DNA of 64,000 nucleotides from a virus: IMG/VR virus record IMGVR_UViG_3300010376_000004; one strand, 5' to 3'. Shown piece by piece: positions 61,645 to 64,000 of this stretch (position 1 is its first letter; each line of letters starts with the position of its first letter). The notes under the pieces were generated by a model. It saw only the letters and a program-made list of their open reading frames with translations, ran no database searches and was not told where the DNA came from. The position numbers and the translations under genes were made by a program.

Positions 61645-64000
61645 TCAGGTCTTCTTCGCACTAAAAATGCGGCACCAGCCATGGCGCGCGATCTTGCCGG
61701 CCACAGCGGTGCAGACATCCGGCGCGCGAAACATTGCGCATCGGCCGCACCATTGGTTGCCATGCGGACGCCACTGATAACGGATCTCAGGATCGGTCTT
61801 CGCTTTCTTTGCTTTATCCACCCCACCACCCTCTCGCCGGAACGAGTTGCCGTAGACCTCCTCCAGCGAATAGACCGCGCCGCCGCGGGCGCGGCCTATT
61901 TGTCCTTCTTCTCCGGCTTGTCCTCGGCCTTTGGCGGCTTGGATGGAGGCTTTGAGGCGGGCCTCAAGTTGCTGCCCAGCACTACGGAGATCGGCTGTGG
62001 GATCTCGTCGGAGGGCTTGTACCAGCCTTTGTGTGTAAGCTTCACCGTTTGTATCCTTTGTCCAGTCGTTACGATGCTTTGCGATCTCAGCTTCGGCCAA
62101 ACGCATATCAATGCCTTCGCCGGCTTTGCTAGGCATCAGGCTGATCATACTATGTATTGACCCCCCAGGCGCAAGCGCTTTTTCCAAGGTTTCCTGGGTT
62201 TTAGCGCCGCCACGGTCAATTAAGGCCCGAATGCCGGGTAAGCCTTCTGGACTTTTGATCGGCTGGAAGCCCTGGAATAAGGCCTTTGGTGTTCCCTTGA
62301 GAGGATCGGCATCTATAACCCGACTCCAAAAGTCCCGTAATCCATCAGCATTGTTCAATGTGTGCTGGCCATTGGCGATGAAGTCTACAGCAAAAGCCTT
62401 TGGGCTAGTCGTCAGCGGCTTGACCGAGTTCGACCACACTTCCGTCTGGTGCAGAAGATGACCGAGAATATTGGCCGCGATATCGGCACCGTCTTTAGAG
62501 GCAAATGTCTGCGCCACCGTCGAAGGGTTCCGATACTGGTGCCAAGCGCCAAGTCCGGTGACGATCGTGCCTGAATCGATGCCTGAGATCCGCGCCGCAT
62601 GGTTGATGGCTTCGGTCGTTATCTGATGCGTAATTGCTGTCTGGTCTGCCGGCGACAGGGCACCAAAGTCGGCACCGTATTTTTGCGCCCATGGCGAGCC
62701 CTTACCCGGCGACAGCTCCATGCTAATATTTCGGATGTTGCGGCCAATTGCAGTTTGGACATCCTGGGCCCGCTCGTGCGTCAGCCGCGTCATCCCCATC
62801 CAGCCGACCGCCTGGGCTTCGGATGGTGTCCAGTCTGACCGGCCCTGCCAATTAATTTTGTTCAGATGATCCGTTAAGTCACGTCCGAACTGTGCGGTAT
62901 GTTCGTAGGCCGTACCCTTGATGCCACCGCCTGATAGATCAATGTTGAGCTTATCAAGATCCTTCTTATTGTACCCCTTAGCGAGAAGAAGGTTTTTAAG
63001 CGTTTTGTCAACCCGGCCCATATCGCGAGCCGTATGAACATCAACAACAAATGGCGCGCCGCCATCGGGATGGTTCGCCATCCATGATCGTACTGCCTTG
63101 CCCTCGGCGCTATCAACAAAGTCCGAGATCTTCTGACCAACGCCCTGTTTAATTGGTTCGCCGCTGATCACAGCTCGAGCTGCCTCGGTCGGGTTCGGCA
63201 TGCCGGCAGCACGCATTTGCCCAGCCGGCACGCCGCGTGCGATCTGTTCGGCTTGGAGCAGGACATTGCCCATAGCCGGTGCCACGCCGACGTTCTGCTG
63301 GGCGACTAGCCAAGCGTGCAAATATTTGTCTGCTAATGGCGCATTGCCGCCGGTATGCTGCAGAAATTGACCACGAAGATCTTTATACCATTGCGATGCT
63401 GACTGGATCTCTTCCGGCGACATGATCGCCTCATGGCGATCAATCCAGTCCTGAAAAGTAATTTTGCCGGTAACAAAGTCCGGAAGGTTTGGATCGGAAG
63501 AATGGATAACCGTTCGCTCGTTCGCTAGGCCGCCAGGATATTCCGTTCCTTTTTCTTCGGCCTTTGCCTGCCTCTGCAAATGTAGCCGAAGATTGTCACT
63601 TGTTTCTTCGATCGGATGTTCTAAGCCCTTGCCGGCATTTGCATCCACGATCGGCTGCGCTTCTTGCCAAGGTGTTTTAGCTTCCAGCTCTGGCAGCTTG
63701 CCGTATCCAGCCGGTCGCAGCTTGCCGCCTGCTATACCGACGCCCTCGCCTGCAAATGGGCTGGCGCCGCCGAGCATGCTCAAAGCTTGTCGCGGTCCCC
63801 ATCGATACTGCCCAGCCATATTGGCCTGCGCCAACGCCTCATCGAGGTCAGACCATTGCCCAGGTACTTGCGGTTGCTGGCCCTGTGCCACACGGCCAGG
63901 GATCATGGCTTGTTCGATAAGTCCTTGAGCTATCGCCTTTGCGGCAGGAGGCACAGCGGTCGGCATTGGCCCGATACCGGGAACCTCTACGAGGTCATAG
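61645..64000 (-). CDS. Large multidomain virion/ejection protein; 5' end lies beyond the window; ends in a HiPIP-like Cys motif
   Basis: Frame is open upstream of ATG 63966 to the window edge; C-terminus CGRC-x8-C-x10-GWC. Confidence 0.7.
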   Translation of the reverse strand, partial: YDLVEVPGIGPMPTAVPPAAKAIAQGLIEQAMIPGRVAQGQQPQVPGQWSDLDEALAQANMAGQYRWGPRQALSMLGGASPFAGEGVGIAGGKLRPAGYGKLPELEAKTPWQEAQPIVDANAGKGLEHPIEETSDNLRLHLQRQAKAEEKGTEYPGGLANERTVIHSSDPNLPDFVTGKITFQDWIDRHEAIMSPEEIQSASQWYKDLRGQFLQHTGGNAPLADKYLHAWLVAQQNVGVAPAMGNVLLQAEQIARGVPAGQMRAAGMPNPTEAARAVISGEPIKQGVGQKISDFVDSAEGKAVRSWMANHPDGGAPFVVDVHTARDMGRVDKTLKNLLLAKGYNKKDLDKLNIDLSGGGIKGTAYEHTAQFGRDLTDHLNKINWQGRSDWTPSEAQAVGWMGMTRLTHERAQDVQTAIGRNIRNISMELSPGKGSPWAQKYGADFGALSPADQTAITHQITTEAINHAARISGIDSGTIVTGLGAWHQYRNPSTVAQTFASKDGADIAANILGHLLHQTEVWSNSVKPLTTSPKAFAVDFIANGQHTLNNADGLRDFWSRVIDADPLKGTPKALFQGFQPIKSPEGLPGIRALIDRGGAKTQETLEKALAPGGSIHSMISLMPSKAGEGIDMRLAEAEIAKHRNDWTKDTNGEAYTQRLVQALRRDPTADLRSAGQQLEARLKASIQAAKGRGQAGEEGQIGRARGGAVYSLEEVYGNSFRREGGGVDKAKKAKTDPEIRYQWRPHGNQWCGRCAMFRAPDVCTAVAGKIARHGWCRIFSAKKT

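Noticed and set aside
1-64000. tRNA, rRNA or tmRNA genes
   Set aside because: None recognised by eye in the few intergenic gaps; tRNAscan-SE or Infernal would be needed to exclude them

Overview
The window is a large part of a tailed-phage genome with podovirus-like structural genes. Its host is probably a Hyphomicrobiales/Bradyrhizobium-like alphaproteobacterium (inference from several small conserved genes). From 1 to about 46.6 kb, almost all genes are on the minus strand and form the virion and packaging module: ejection protein, tail genes, major capsid, scaffold, GroES-like, portal, terL, terS. Inserted into this module are a GT41 (OGT/SPINDLY-like) glycosyltransferase, a 1746-aa almost uncharged Thr/Val/Ser repeat protein, and a 7.4-kb sugar-biosynthesis/glycosylation cluster carrying a LAGLIDADG endonuclease. 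From about 46.6 to 58.4 kb are early/recombination genes (MT-A70 methylase, RusA, Cro-like, ERF, YqaJ). From 58.4 to 64 kb are the lysis cassette and the 3' part of a large virion protein. The standout feature is at 55.7-57.1 kb: a nuclease-less Nop/IS110-like gene flanked on both sides by arrays of 36-nt units (AGCCA-N9-AGnnnnCCA-N9-AGCG). This matches the TIGR-Tas (TasA-type) dual-spacer RNA-guided architecture. A further orphan two-unit array of the same pattern lies at 45.1 kb. No integrase, CI repressor, DNA polymerase, tRNA, rRNA or CRISPR-Cas was recognised. All family assignments come from motif recognition by eye, not from database searches.
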